Assembly: GCF_964355755.1 (NCBI RefSeq)
Contig: NC_092678.1
Span: 14,100,371 to 14,164,370 of the forward strand
Length of the DNA stretch: 64,000 bases
Reading direction: 5' to 3'
From: Antedon mediterranea
Taxonomy: Eukaryota; Animalia; Echinodermata
This document shows, one piece after another, positions 12,105 through 22,565 of the stretch (within the stretch, counting starts at the first letter, position 1; every line of letters begins with the position of its first letter). Below the pieces are notes generated by a model that made no database searches, was not told the DNA's origin, and saw nothing but the letters and a program-made list of their open reading frames with translations. Position numbers and translations under genes: made by a program.

Positions 12105-13202
12105 ATGAGTCGCTCCGAGGCCTATCCAACGTTCCTTGCCGGTTTAACGTACATTTTCAAAAACACGTCCATCACCACCACCAGCCATCACGTGAAACTT
12201 GTCAATTTGATAGGCGCGTGCATTGACACAGCATCAAAAACATCGTACAAAAATAAACTGGAACGATGCAACGAGCAACAGCGACGTCATTTCGATGCGG
12301 CCGTATCTATCGGTGGTGGTGGTGGTGATGATGATGATAGCATGACGCCCAAAACGGCGTTCGTCTACTATTTTCTCGATACACTCGCTCGGCCGTATCA
12401 CAGACACATTGCTGCCTACATAACAAATTTTGATGAGTTAATGCAATGGATGCAAGCTGATCGTCGTCGCCGACGCAACAACCACCACCACCACCACCAC
12501 CACCAGACGCGAAAACGGTCATCATTTGTGGTGCCCTTAACCGACAGAATACACGATTCGGCCATTCTCAAATGCATTCTGTTCCAATTGAATCATGTGA
12601 AAAGAAAACCGTTGCATCCGATGATGAAAACAATTTTGGAGTTTACAAAGTCCAGTTGGCCGTTCAATCTAATGTTTGCCATACCGAATCGATCAAATGC
12701 ACTGGTAGAATGCGTTCTACTTTTAAACAAAACGCGCAATGAGAAATACTCTGTTTCGCTCATAACTCAAGCGCTGTCGTTATTAAGCAAAGATGAACTA
12801 TCCGAGATGAAGAGCATAATGTTTGTTCAGAAACGATGCTCTCAGATAGAATTCTTTTACGATCACAATCCAGCGGCATTTGGATCAGAATCGATTGTTT
12901 TTTGTCGCTACTGTTATATAATTTTAACTTACGTAGATCTGAAGAACAGGCCACCGACAAAAGGGATGTATATCGACGAGAATTCTCTCTTACCCACCTG
13001 TTACAACTGTCATTCGAGAAGATTGGCTTCTCTGTCGTTGGACGGTGCCGGTGTACGATTGACAGTTAAACAGCCCGATTTGGCAATGATGCGTTCGTGC
13101 CCTACTTGCAGTGAGATAACTTCTCGAACAATGTGCGTAACGTGTAAACGTATACAAGAAGAAGAAGAAGAAGAAGAAGAAGAAGACAAATTTGTTCTTT
13201 AG
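12105..13202 (+). CDS. Cys-rich Zn-finger protein, possibly UL49/ORF66-like late transcription factor
   Basis: 365-aa ORF with four C-terminal CxxC pairs (FCRYC, CYNCHS, CPTC, CVTC). Lies in terminase intron 1. The family call is by pattern only. Confidence 0.45.
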   Translation: MSRSEAYPTFLAGLTYIFKNTSITTTSHHVKLVNLIGACIDTASKTSYKNKLERCNEQQRRHFDAAVSIGGGGGDDDDSMTPKTAFVYYFLDTLARPYHRHIAAYITNFDELMQWMQADRRRRRNNHHHHHHHQTRKRSSFVVPLTDRIHDSAILKCILFQLNHVKRKPLHPMMKTILEFTKSSWPFNLMFAIPNRSNALVECVLLLNKTRNEKYSVSLITQALSLLSKDELSEMKSIMFVQKRCSQIEFFYDHNPAAFGSESIVFCRYCYIILTYVDLKNRPPTKGMYIDENSLLPTCYNCHSRRLASLSLDGAGVRLTVKQPDLAMMRSCPTCSEITSRTMCVTCKRIQEEEEEEEEEDKFVL

Positions 13203-13224
13203 ATATATTTTTTTTTTATTATTA

Positions 13225-13797
13225 TCAAGAAGGTACTTTTGAGCGATTAGGTGGTTCGGGCAAGTTGACAAGTTTATTACAAATCTCTCGGTCGACGAGC
13301 TCACGTGCCAATGTATTGTCATCATCATTCAATTCGTCCTCATCGCTGCTATCATCATCATCATCATCGTCCAACAATCCTCGAATTGAATCCATTGCAG
13401 TATTGTGTCTAAGTCGTCTGTTGTTAACGCTTCCTAAAAGTGAACATATCCTATTGGGATTCATGCTCTTCTCTGATTTTCTGAGAGAGTAATCTTCCTC
13501 CTTGAGTCGATCGTATTGCAGCCTGTCAAACGTTCGTAATTTAGACGAAAGTGCATCTTTCTCCAACTTTAACATGGCGTTCTGAGACGTGGTCAACATT
13601 CGTTCATAATTCGACTTTCGTCTGATCAACGACGACAGCATTTTCGCATCAATTCCATTCTTCAAACCTGACTGTATACTTTCTTGCATTTGCATCGTCT
13701 TTTCGTCGAATGTGTGTTGCATGGCGGCAATGTTGCGCATAGATTCTACTCGTTTTTGTTCAATGGCTTCGCCTCTTCTTTTTCTTTTACCAAACAT
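13225..13797 (-). CDS. Snf7/ESCRT-III-like protein
   Basis: ~190 aa, basic N-half and acidic C-half, helical. LIRRKSNYERMLTTSQNAMLKLE resembles the Snf7 alpha2 motif. DEDEL...LARELV..LPEPP tail resembles the CHMP4/6 MIM2-like region. Confidence 0.65.
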   Translation of the reverse strand: MFGKRKRRGEAIEQKRVESMRNIAAMQHTFDEKTMQMQESIQSGLKNGIDAKMLSSLIRRKSNYERMLTTSQNAMLKLEKDALSSKLRTFDRLQYDRLKEEDYSLRKSEKSMNPNRICSLLGSVNNRRLRHNTAMDSIRGLLDDDDDDDSSDEDELNDDDNTLARELVDREICNKLVNLPEPPNRSKVPS

Positions 13798-13834
13798 GTT
13801 TGCGTGCTGATGCAATAAGGCAGTATAGCGCACA

Positions 13835-14236
13835 ATGAAACCATTTGCGCCGTTAATAGTGACTTTTACGATATTCGTCGTTGTTCTGTACAGTCTTACG
13901 TCGAAATACAACTGGCAAGGGAATACGTACGATAAGGAGAAGATAAGCTACAAGCAACTGTTGACGTCCAATATAATTCTGTTTGCCATAACGTTCTACA
14001 GTGGACTGAAATATCTTCTCATCAGATACTATTCGAGTTACTACGGCGGTGGCCGGGGTAGACTCATGTTCATGACAGAGACTTTACTTCGCATGACGGT
14101 AATGATGGGAATCGATTACAGAGTGCAGAACATTATCGTGTCGCAAATGTCATCGCGTCTGGCCATCATGTTTGGGGATATCATGTCGATCGTCATCGAA
14201 GCCAGTATGGAACAGTACACGCCTCACAGTGGGTGA
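13835..14236 (+). CDS. Small membrane protein
   Basis: ATG start, two or more hydrophobic segments, fits between neighbouring genes. Confidence 0.55.
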   Translation: MKPFAPLIVTFTIFVVVLYSLTSKYNWQGNTYDKEKISYKQLLTSNIILFAITFYSGLKYLLIRYYSSYYGGGRGRLMFMTETLLRMTVMMGIDYRVQNIIVSQMSSRLAIMFGDIMSIVIEASMEQYTPHSG

Positions 14237-14965
14237 ATTCATCGATAGCGTACCGTATCGTATCCAGGCCACGCATGACTCTACAGCACGTTCATAGGTG
14301 AAATTGAGTACACGATCAGCGCGTTTAACAAGAAAACGTCTGTCATCGTAAAGAAAACAAAGTCCGTCTGCGCTTGGCATTCCGTCAAGATCGCATCGAT
14401 GGATCGTTAACGGACCACCTCCCGATACGGGCATGGACGAGAACATGTGCCAAATTAATAAACATTTGTACATGCTTGTAACTTGATCATCTTTATTTAT
14501 TTCTGTTGTCGGTGTCATTTTCTTCAATCCATTCACGTAGTCACAGACTCTTTCCACGTCCACGTCACACGCCTCCATCCATTTCCTGAACGCCGTTTCG
14601 TGTCCAATGATTGCCGGATCAACCACCGTACTTGGATCGACAACGAGACGAAAAAATGTACACGTTGCCGCTCTGCGTTCATCGTGTCTGTCTGGATTCG
14701 CCAACATACACTCGAGCAGGTTCCTACTCCAAACATCAAGATTACAATGCTCGAAACACGCGTACTGCTTGGACGCCATGCACCGACGGCGTTCGGCAAA
14801 ACACAACAGTTTTGCAATCGATGCCGTACACTCGAGACTAATTGTTTTTGGCAACAACGTATAGCTAACGCACGATTCTACATATCGAATTTCTTTCTCG
14901 ATTTCAATTCTAAGTTTTTCAACGGCATTCTTGACTCGTTTATCGATGCGTTTGGCAAAACTCAT
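14150..14965 (-). CDS. Hypothetical viral protein (Cys/His-containing)
   Basis: Complex ~270-aa region starting MSFAKRID. The upstream poly-His extension is a microsatellite artefact. Confidence 0.65.
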   Translation of the reverse strand: MSFAKRIDKRVKNAVEKLRIEIEKEIRYVESCVSYTLLPKTISLECTASIAKLLCFAERRRCMASKQYACFEHCNLDVWSRNLLECMLANPDRHDERRAATCTFFRLVVDPSTVVDPAIIGHETAFRKWMEACDVDVERVCDYVNGLKKMTPTTEINKDDQVTSMYKCLLIWHMFSSMPVSGGGPLTIHRCDLDGMPSADGLCFLYDDRRFLVKRADRVLNFTYERAVESCVAWIRYGTLSMNSPTVRRVLFHTGFDDDRHDIPKHDGQTR

Positions 14966-14986
14966 CGTAATAATTTGATGTTGATA

Positions 14987-15034
<48 letters not shown>

Positions 15035-15623
15035 ATGATGATGCTGGAAGTGGAAATACAACGAGTGATGTCTCTTTTTTTTTTGCTGTTTGTTCTGTTG
15101 TTTCGCTGAATACGGTAGTGACAAGATGATGACACTCATCTGTAAGGTTTTCATCTTTAATTCTACACCAAAAACATTTGTAGCCGACAATGGGACAGCA
15201 TCCGATCGGCATTGCCGGTATGGTTCCCATTACAGTCACAAATCTCCAAATTGTTGATAATCTTTCGAGAATTTTGAAAGAGTGCACATTGGTCCAGGCA
15301 AAGAGAACATTGCGTTTCAATATACTGTCCATGTCGGCCATTGTACAACACTCGGACGTTATCGTGGTTGTGTCGAACAAGAGACGTTCGATGAGCGCAA
15401 TGCATCGTGCGTAATAGAGAACATCTTGTTCATCGCCTTTTTTGGTACATATACTCTCCAAATTTCCTTTGAATTCCTTTAACAATTCTTTCAAGTAAGC
15501 GTTGTCTTCTTCTTCTTCTTCCTCGTCGTCGTCGTCGTGATGATGATGATGATGATGATGAGACCATTCTATCCATCTACGTTCAACGCGTGACTCTAAA
15601 CTTTTCCATAAATCAAACGACAT
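14940..15623 (-). CDS. Hypothetical viral protein with C-terminal Cys/His cluster
   Basis: 227-aa ATG ORF with GCCP..YKCFWC..ECHH. Confidence 0.6.
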
Positions 15624-15733
15624 AATCTAAAATATGGAGGTAATCAGTTGTCTCTCCTCTTCCTTCTTCTCCTTCTTCTGCTCATGTCGACGAGTATTCG
15701 CTATTAGATTGGTCAAGAGAAGATTGATTAGGA

Positions 15734-18700
15734 TTAGAAAGTTATCGGAGCTGGTAACTGGATCGTCTGTTGGGTCAAACATGGTGCTGCAGTGATTACC
15801 TTTGGATTGTGTCTAAGATTGTTTTCGAGAATACGTCCGACCAATTGTACATACCAATCTTTCTCCGACCAATCTATACGCATATCCTTGCCAAAAATTA
15901 CGTATCGTGCATCACCTCTACGGCGATACTTGCACGAATTGTCTGACGCAAGAAAACAAATGGGAACGCTACTTTGACTCGGTTTCACCAATGTCACGCC
16001 CGGTATCTTTCCCATGAACGAAATCACTTTCATTACAGTTCTATCGCCTTCGGTTACATCGCCTTTGCGTACGACCATAGGCGCAAAATATGTCGAGCCA
16101 CATCTGTCGGTCAATTTTGCTGCTGCTTCTACTGTTGATACATCTTCATCATCGGTGGAATTGATGTAATGTCTTGCTTGATTAATCACTTCGTTGAAAG
16201 TAAACTCTCCGGTTCCGAATAACTGATGATAGGACGTATTACTTGGACTGTAATCGACAACAAATTGTATTTTGTATTCATCATCATCCTCATTGCCACC
16301 ATTATGCTCATTATCATCATCATGTTCATCACCGTAATAGTCATGATTGTACTCAGCTTCATCGTATATCTCTTCCTCCTCCACTTTATCCTCTTCATCT
16401 TCATCATGATGTAACGTATATAACGAATGCGACGTACGTTTTTTATTGAAAAGTTTCCGTTGTAAGTTTGCAACCTGTCGTTCTCGTTCGCTGTTTGCAG
16501 TTTCAACTTTACTAGTTAAAAATTTAACATCAGACTTCAAATGTGCAATCTGTCCATCTTTATATAGATTTTGGCGCTTTTCTTGCTCCAATGACGCTTC
16601 GATATCTTTCATTCTTTCATGTAACACATCAGATCCACCATCTCCTCCTCCTCCACCGCCTCCGTCGCTTTGATTCTTTATGAATTCAGACAGTTTCAGA
16701 TAGGATTCGGATACTTTTCGCTGCGAATGTTCCAATTCCTTTTCGAGACTTTCGATGCGCTTTTGTGCAGTCAAGCTGTGATTTTTTAAAATAATTACCT
16801 GAGCGGCAAGAGAGGATATTTCTGTATTCTTGTCGTCGGATAACCGATGTGTTTCAGCTAAACTTTTTTCCTTGGCAGTAAACTTCTCTTGAAGTTTAGC
16901 GTTTTGCGTACACAACGAGTCACGAGCTTTTCGCGCTTCTTCTAGATCACGTATTGTCGACTTCAATTCTGTTTTGTGATTGCTCGACGCGTTCGCTGCC
17001 GACGTCAACTGTCGCTGTATAGCAGTGCTGTGTTCTTTTGCGACACGTTTCATCTCTGCGTCGTGTTTCTGTCCTAGTTTAGTTACTTCAGATTTCAGTT
17101 GTTTTTCGAGTCGATCACGTTCCTCGTCACGTTCCCGCGTGTGCTGTTTCTCGGCCTGTGTCAACATGTCGAGCATCTTCTTTTCAGTATCTTTCTTCGT
17201 GCTCTGTTTAGCTTCCGACACGTACTCGGCGTGTGTCTCGATTGACTTTTTCAGTCGCTCTTCTAAACGTTTTCGAGTGAAATTGTCCTCTGCAGCTTTG
17301 CTCGTCAACTCTCGAACCTGTCTTTCCAACAGGACACGATGTTGAGCTGCTTTGTCACGCTCCATCTTCACTTCTTCAACACGTTTCTTCCATTCATCTG
17401 TTTTTTCGTCGCCATCTCGTTTCAGTTGCGCTACCTTCTGTTCGGTCTCGACAAGAGTTTGTTTCAAATCATCTAGATTCTTTTCGTGTTGAACCGCATC
17501 TAGATTCTTTTCGTGTTGAACCGAGTTTTGCCTCTTGTCCTGTTCTTCAATCTCCCTTCTCATTTCGTCCAGCTTGATGGTGAACGTCGTGTTTGCGTTC
17601 ATCAGTTTATTGTTGAGTTGTTCTCTTTGCAGATGCGCCGAATCGGTGGTCTGTTGCAAGTCACGACCGAGTTTCTGTACGTTTTTCTTCTCGTTTTGCA
17701 GCTCATTGTTCAATTTTCTCAGATCGGTCAAATACGCCTGCTCTCGAGATTTTAACATGTTCTCTGCATCATGTTTTAACGAAGCAGAGTTTATTTTTTT
17801 GGCATCAAGTTGCGACGCCAAATCGTCAACATGTCGGCTCATCAACTGTTCATTTTTTTGTACGCTCGACTGATACAATCTGCTCTTTTCTTCGTACGTT
17901 TGCAAATCAGTTTCCAACTGTTGAATTCGCTGCCTGTACGTTGTCTCCGAAAGCGTGTTGGCCGTGTCCAATCTTCTGTTCAACACGCGCAATTCACCAA
18001 CTTCGTTTGTGAGTGCTTCGATGCGACGACTCGTCTGCTCGTCAACGTGTTCTTTTGACGATATCAATTCGGATTGCTTGCGCTTCAAAATCAATTCATG
18101 TGCGCGTGCTTCGTCCGTCTTTTTGTTAAGCAAGGCTTTTAGAGTGTCTGACTCGTCGACATTTTGCATTTCGGTGTCGTGAAGTTGTTGCTTCATTTCG
18201 TCCACCAAACGTTTACTGTTTCGCAGTTCGCCTTCGGTCTTGTCCAGTTTCGTTTCCAACTCTTTAATTTTTGCGTCGCTCACTCGCGTCTTTTTTTCAT
18301 TTTCTCTCGTCGACTCTGCATTCCTGGTGGCCATGGTCTTCTTGAACTCTTCGTGTTCTACTCGTTGAGTCTCGAGCGTGTTCAAAGCCGTCCGTCGTTC
18401 TTCTTCGGCTTTTGCTTTTGTCCATTGCATGACTTCAATCTGCGATTGGGATTCGGCATTAGAATCGGGCTGAGATGATATCCAATCTTCAATATCGTAG
18501 AGTTTTACGTGCATTGTACTATTGTGAGCGTTCACATCGTCCGAGATTTCACGCAATCTTTGAACGGTGTCTTCGTCCAAGATGGGCAAATCGTCGTTTG
18601 TTGAAGGTAAGATGCTGTTGGCCGTGTTCACGTAAGGAGCGAGCAGTTGACCGATGCTAGGTAAATCATCATCACCGTCACCTTCTTTTTCTTCTTCTTC

Positions 18701-20827
18701 TTCTTCTTCTTCGTGTACAATTGCGGTGTTCACCGGCATGCTTGCTATGGCAATAGATTTGAGCACAGAAATTGTATCATCGGTGTGTGTACGCGTTTCG
18801 CTGTTCATCACCGCCGGCGTCGTACCCGATTCGAGCACAGAAAGTGTGTCTTGGGTGGTGTTTGCCGGCATGCTTGCTATGTCAATAGATTCGAGCACAG
18901 AAATTGCATCATCGGTGTGAGTAGTAAGCGCGTCAGCAGTTTCGGTTTTCATCACCGCCGGCGTCGTACCAGATTCGAGCACAGAAAGTGTGTCTTGGGT
19001 GGTATTTGCCGGCATACCTTCCATGATGACCAGAGGTTCGAGAACAGAAAGCGTATCTGATGCGTTTGTAGTACGCGCCTCGTCGTCAACAGTTTCGGTG
19101 TTCACCTGCTGCTGCACCACCGACATATTATCAGCAGATTCTGTGTTCATCACCGGCATACGAGATTCAGAATCGGTAGTAGTGATGTTGGCGGCACGTT
19201 CACGCGCTTTAGCCTCCAAACTTAGCAGATGTTGGTAACTGAGTTGCGTTATTTCGAACCGACTTTGTTCGACCATTGCCATGCCTTCGGTGGCCGTGTC
19301 GAGTGAAATCTTGCGCGTTGATTCAGGAGATCTAACCGGTATATTGCAAAGAGCGTTGAGTAGAATAGCACATACGTTCGCCTCGTAATGGCAACAGTCT
19401 CTCCATGGCATGTCATCTTGTGCAGTGGGCGTTCCGAACGGAGGTCGTTCACATTGAAACGGTTTAAGTTCGTCGATCGTTCCAGTAACGAGTGCATGAT
19501 CTCTTAGACGAATCTTGAGAAATTCGTGTTTTTTAATGTACGACACGAGCGCACCAAACAAATGGTCAAAGTCAATGTCCAAAGCATTTCTTTCGTATGG
19601 CGCAAAGTCCTCTTGTATCTTTTTTGCCAACTTCCTGATCCATTCGACGGTGGGACGTTCCGCCGAGTCAACGGTCAACCACGGAGCATGTGCCGCGTTC
19701 CGTTTACTCTCAGCTGCCGTGATTTCCGCGTCGATTCTTTCAAAGTTCCAACTGTTTGTGATCTCTTCACTCTGTCCCAACACGAGATTCCACATGTCGG
19801 CTCTGGCGAGCAGTGTAGCATCGCCGATGTGATGAACTATGCGATGTAGTACGAGGCAAGCGAAAATCATGTACAGATTCGGTCTTTTGTCGAACAGCGC
19901 GCACACGTATTTCATCAATCGAAACGTGGTTCCGATTTCCACGTTTTGAATGTGCGTACATGCTTTCAACAATCTCTCGAAATCATCTTTACTTAATCCG
20001 GTTTTGTTGAAGAGAGCATCACGATCGCTGGAATTGTTACCTTGCGTAGATGTGTAGTGTTTCAGAAAAAAATCTTTCATTGTCAGTCTATTGCCGGCCT
20101 GAAACTTTCCCAGCTGTAGAAACGATTTCTCTTTTCCTGCGCCGCCACCGCCTATTACAGGCGACTGTGAATGTATACCTGGAACGGCAGTCATTGTCTT
20201 GAGATGTTTTGCAAAGTGTATCTTTTGTTGTATTAGATTACCGTCTTTGATGACGATTGAGACCCGAACTTGTTTCGAATTTAGAAAGCTACCGCCGAGA
20301 AACAAACTGTCGCACAATTTACGCGTTCTCTCTTTCATGTCAGCATGTTTGTTGATTTCTGTGATGATTTCAATCATTTTGATTATTTCACACAGACTTT
20401 CGTACAAGCTTTTAAGATTCTTTGCGTCGACAACAACTATGTGACCAGAAACGAACGCGTTTGAAAACTGTTTTGAAAAGCCGTCCATTCGAAGTAGCTG
20501 CGCTTTTAGACCCAGCATGGATCCATCTGGAGGGTAGCCGGATCTGTAAGCAGTCGATACCATTCTCATGAGCGTCGTTGTTGTGAGCGTCGGGTCTGCG
20601 AGTTCGTCAAGAACTCGTCCAAGATACGGCGTCATTTTTTTTGACTGTTTGCCAACCTCTTTATTATCGTCCCGTCCTTTTCTCTTTGTCGGCCTCTGTC
20701 TAACAGCCGTCGTGTCCATCAAAGTTTCGGTCTGTGATGATGTATACATGATGATGATGATGATTGTCTTCGAATTTACCATTATGTCATTAATGACATG
20801 TTGCGCATAATATGCGCAACATGTCAC
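15734..20827 (-). CDS. Very large coiled-coil protein (tegument or structural candidate)
   Basis: 1697-aa ORF: globular N-terminus, Thr/Ser-rich repeats, ~700-aa coiled coil, acidic linker and globular C-terminus. No Walker motif seen. Confidence 0.8.
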   Translation of the reverse strand: MTCCAYYAQHVINDIMVNSKTIIIIIMYTSSQTETLMDTTAVRQRPTKRKGRDDNKEVGKQSKKMTPYLGRVLDELADPTLTTTTLMRMVSTAYRSGYPPDGSMLGLKAQLLRMDGFSKQFSNAFVSGHIVVVDAKNLKSLYESLCEIIKMIEIITEINKHADMKERTRKLCDSLFLGGSFLNSKQVRVSIVIKDGNLIQQKIHFAKHLKTMTAVPGIHSQSPVIGGGGAGKEKSFLQLGKFQAGNRLTMKDFFLKHYTSTQGNNSSDRDALFNKTGLSKDDFERLLKACTHIQNVEIGTTFRLMKYVCALFDKRPNLYMIFACLVLHRIVHHIGDATLLARADMWNLVLGQSEEITNSWNFERIDAEITAAESKRNAAHAPWLTVDSAERPTVEWIRKLAKKIQEDFAPYERNALDIDFDHLFGALVSYIKKHEFLKIRLRDHALVTGTIDELKPFQCERPPFGTPTAQDDMPWRDCCHYEANVCAILLNALCNIPVRSPESTRKISLDTATEGMAMVEQSRFEITQLSYQHLLSLEAKARERAANITTTDSESRMPVMNTESADNMSVVQQQVNTETVDDEARTTNASDTLSVLEPLVIMEGMPANTTQDTLSVLESGTTPAVMKTETADALTTHTDDAISVLESIDIASMPANTTQDTLSVLESGTTPAVMNSETRTHTDDTISVLKSIAIASMPVNTAIVHEEEEEEEEKEGDGDDDLPSIGQLLAPYVNTANSILPSTNDDLPILDEDTVQRLREISDDVNAHNSTMHVKLYDIEDWISSQPDSNAESQSQIEVMQWTKAKAEEERRTALNTLETQRVEHEEFKKTMATRNAESTRENEKKTRVSDAKIKELETKLDKTEGELRNSKRLVDEMKQQLHDTEMQNVDESDTLKALLNKKTDEARAHELILKRKQSELISSKEHVDEQTSRRIEALTNEVGELRVLNRRLDTANTLSETTYRQRIQQLETDLQTYEEKSRLYQSSVQKNEQLMSRHVDDLASQLDAKKINSASLKHDAENMLKSREQAYLTDLRKLNNELQNEKKNVQKLGRDLQQTTDSAHLQREQLNNKLMNANTTFTIKLDEMRREIEEQDKRQNSVQHEKNLDAVQHEKNLDDLKQTLVETEQKVAQLKRDGDEKTDEWKKRVEEVKMERDKAAQHRVLLERQVRELTSKAAEDNFTRKRLEERLKKSIETHAEYVSEAKQSTKKDTEKKMLDMLTQAEKQHTRERDEERDRLEKQLKSEVTKLGQKHDAEMKRVAKEHSTAIQRQLTSAANASSNHKTELKSTIRDLEEARKARDSLCTQNAKLQEKFTAKEKSLAETHRLSDDKNTEISSLAAQVIILKNHSLTAQKRIESLEKELEHSQRKVSESYLKLSEFIKNQSDGGGGGGGDGGSDVLHERMKDIEASLEQEKRQNLYKDGQIAHLKSDVKFLTSKVETANSERERQVANLQRKLFNKKRTSHSLYTLHHDEDEEDKVEEEEIYDEAEYNHDYYGDEHDDDNEHNGGNEDDDEYKIQFVVDYSPSNTSYHQLFGTGEFTFNEVINQARHYINSTDDEDVSTVEAAAKLTDRCGSTYFAPMVVRKGDVTEGDRTVMKVISFMGKIPGVTLVKPSQSSVPICFLASDNSCKYRRRGDARYVIFGKDMRIDWSEKDWYVQLVGRILENNLRHNPKVITAAPCLTQQTIQLPAPITF
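18722..19070. repeat. In-frame tandem repeats within the large ORF
   Basis: Repeated MPANTTQDTLSVLESGTTPAVM and THTDDxISVL units. Confidence 0.85.
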
Positions 20828-21083
20828 GACGTACGTATATTATACGTACGTCGTGTGAAGAAGAAGAAGAAGAAGAACGAGAAAATGTCATGGCGTCGAT
20901 CGGCCGATGAACTAATTCAACGTAATTTCTGGTACATGACCACATCAACTGTAAATTCATCATCATCATCAACACCACCAACAACAACAACAACAACAAC
21001 GACACAATCATCATCATCATCATCAAAATCGTTGTTGAAGAAAGAAAACGTAATCAAGAAGAAAAAACACAAACGAAAACGTA

Positions 21084-21980
21084 CTAAGATTCTCGATTTA
21101 ATTTTGCCAAATGATAACGACAAATCTTTTCATTCGCCATGCTCTGTAACAACCTCGAGCACGCTGTCAGTTGAGAGGTCGACACCTGAAATATCGGAAA
21201 CATCAACCGATCACCTGGCATGGGTTTCAGTTGAGGAAAGCGTGGTTTTAGAATGACGCTTTCCGCCGAACGAATACCATTCAACGTGCTCTTTAGTAAG
21301 TACACGACCGTTTCGTGACCGTTGCTGAGTAGAAAGTCTTTCTTGGAATATTGTAACGTCGAGTAGTACATAAACACAGACATAACGTCGAAAATAAAGT
21401 CTACCACGTCGTCCAGCATGTTTTCCTCTGGAAGCGCTGTATCCGGTAATCTGTTTGCTGATACGTATTTTAGAAAGGTGTATCTGATTACGGACACGAT
21501 GTTCTGTTTGCCCATGTTCTCCAAAATCATTTCACAGGCCTTGTGTTCAAAGAAATTTACGTTGTTGTACTTGCATCGTTTTTTTCGATCGTACAATCGT
21601 TCCAGAACCTGACGTACGGTTGTGCCGAAACGAAACATTTTATCGTGTTTATTTCGCGTCGTTGTCGTCTTTCTAACCTCTTGCATGTTGTCGTATAGCG
21701 GCGTATCGAGTCCAACGACAATCGGTTCATATTCGTCTGTATAGAATTCTTTACCAGTCAATGCGCATCTTCGAGTGTTGTGATCTAAATTTTCCATGAC
21801 GCAGTCTGCCGACAATGAACAGGTGTGCGTGCGTAGCGACGACATGCACACGAAATTCTCACCGTCTTGCATGGGTTGCACGAACGTACATCTATTCGGT
21901 ACACATTCGTGAAGTTCGTCCACGTGATATATGTCGAAACGATTTGCTTGTAGATACGCGTTCAGAGCAGCTGTTGTCAT
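21084..21980 (-). CDS. UL92/ORF31-like (poxvirus A1/VLTF2-related) late transcription factor candidate
   Basis: HECVPNRC...FVCMSSLRTHTCSLSADC...RRCALTG fits the H.C..C / y.C....H.C....C / VC..TG pattern of the UL92 family. It lies antisense in the terminase intron next to exon 2. Confidence 0.65.
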   Translation of the reverse strand: MTTAALNAYLQANRFDIYHVDELHECVPNRCTFVQPMQDGENFVCMSSLRTHTCSLSADCVMENLDHNTRRCALTGKEFYTDEYEPIVVGLDTPLYDNMQEVRKTTTTRNKHDKMFRFGTTVRQVLERLYDRKKRCKYNNVNFFEHKACEMILENMGKQNIVSVIRYTFLKYVSANRLPDTALPEENMLDDVVDFIFDVMSVFMYYSTLQYSKKDFLLSNGHETVVYLLKSTLNGIRSAESVILKPRFPQLKPMPGDRLMFPIFQVSTSQLTACSRLLQSMANEKICRYHLAKLNRES

Positions 21981-21998
21981 CTTTATTTTTGTTTTCAG

Positions 21999-22565
21999 GC
22001 TTCAAGAGGAACCGGTTGTGATATGGGATGGATGGACGAGTATCCGTGGATAAAGCAAACGGCTATGCTATCAACTCTGCCAATCTTTCAACCTAAGAAC
22101 GTGTCGGTTCTTTTAACATCGTCGATGACTTCGAGTGATCACTGGTCGCAAGAGTTTGTGAATATTAAACACGATGGACGTGCACTGGTTAAATACATTA
22201 CTCAGTCGTACCTGTGCGATGCGTGCTTCGAGAAAGGAACGCGAACAGTGTGCGCTCACAGGCGACATTTGGTACCGGAACACATTGATGGAAACGACGG
22301 TAATGTCGTTCAGCAGATGATGAACCTCATAGCCACCGGAAGCTATGAACTAGAGTGTATGGGCATTCCCGTCTGTTCACCGTCTTTACTCGCCGAGCGA
22401 CTTTTTTCCGGTAAATTGCTAACCAAACTGTTTTCAGACGAAAGAAGATCCACCACAAGATCTGGCTTCTCATCGGGTCTGTTGATTGCCGTCGATCCAA
22501 CTCCGTCGGACGTGTCCGGCATTGGATTGGTTGCCGGTGTGTTAACGACGTCGGACGTTAGGCAG
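21999..22565 (+). CDS. Terminase exon 2
   Basis: Acceptor TTTTGTTTTCAG| gives ASRGTGCDMGWMDEY (equivalent to GIRGQDFNLLFVDEA, Walker B), then LLTSS coupling motif, Cys/His Zn motif and nuclease LIAVDPT..SGIG. Phase-0 donor CAG|GTAAGT at 22566. Confidence 0.9.

Noticed and set aside
15734-20827. SMC ATPase or myosin
   Set aside because: No Walker A/B, hinge or motor motifs.
20790-21256. Short low-complexity ORFs here and many antisense ORFs elsewhere
   Set aside because: They are produced by triplet microsatellites or are shadows of longer genes on the opposite strand.
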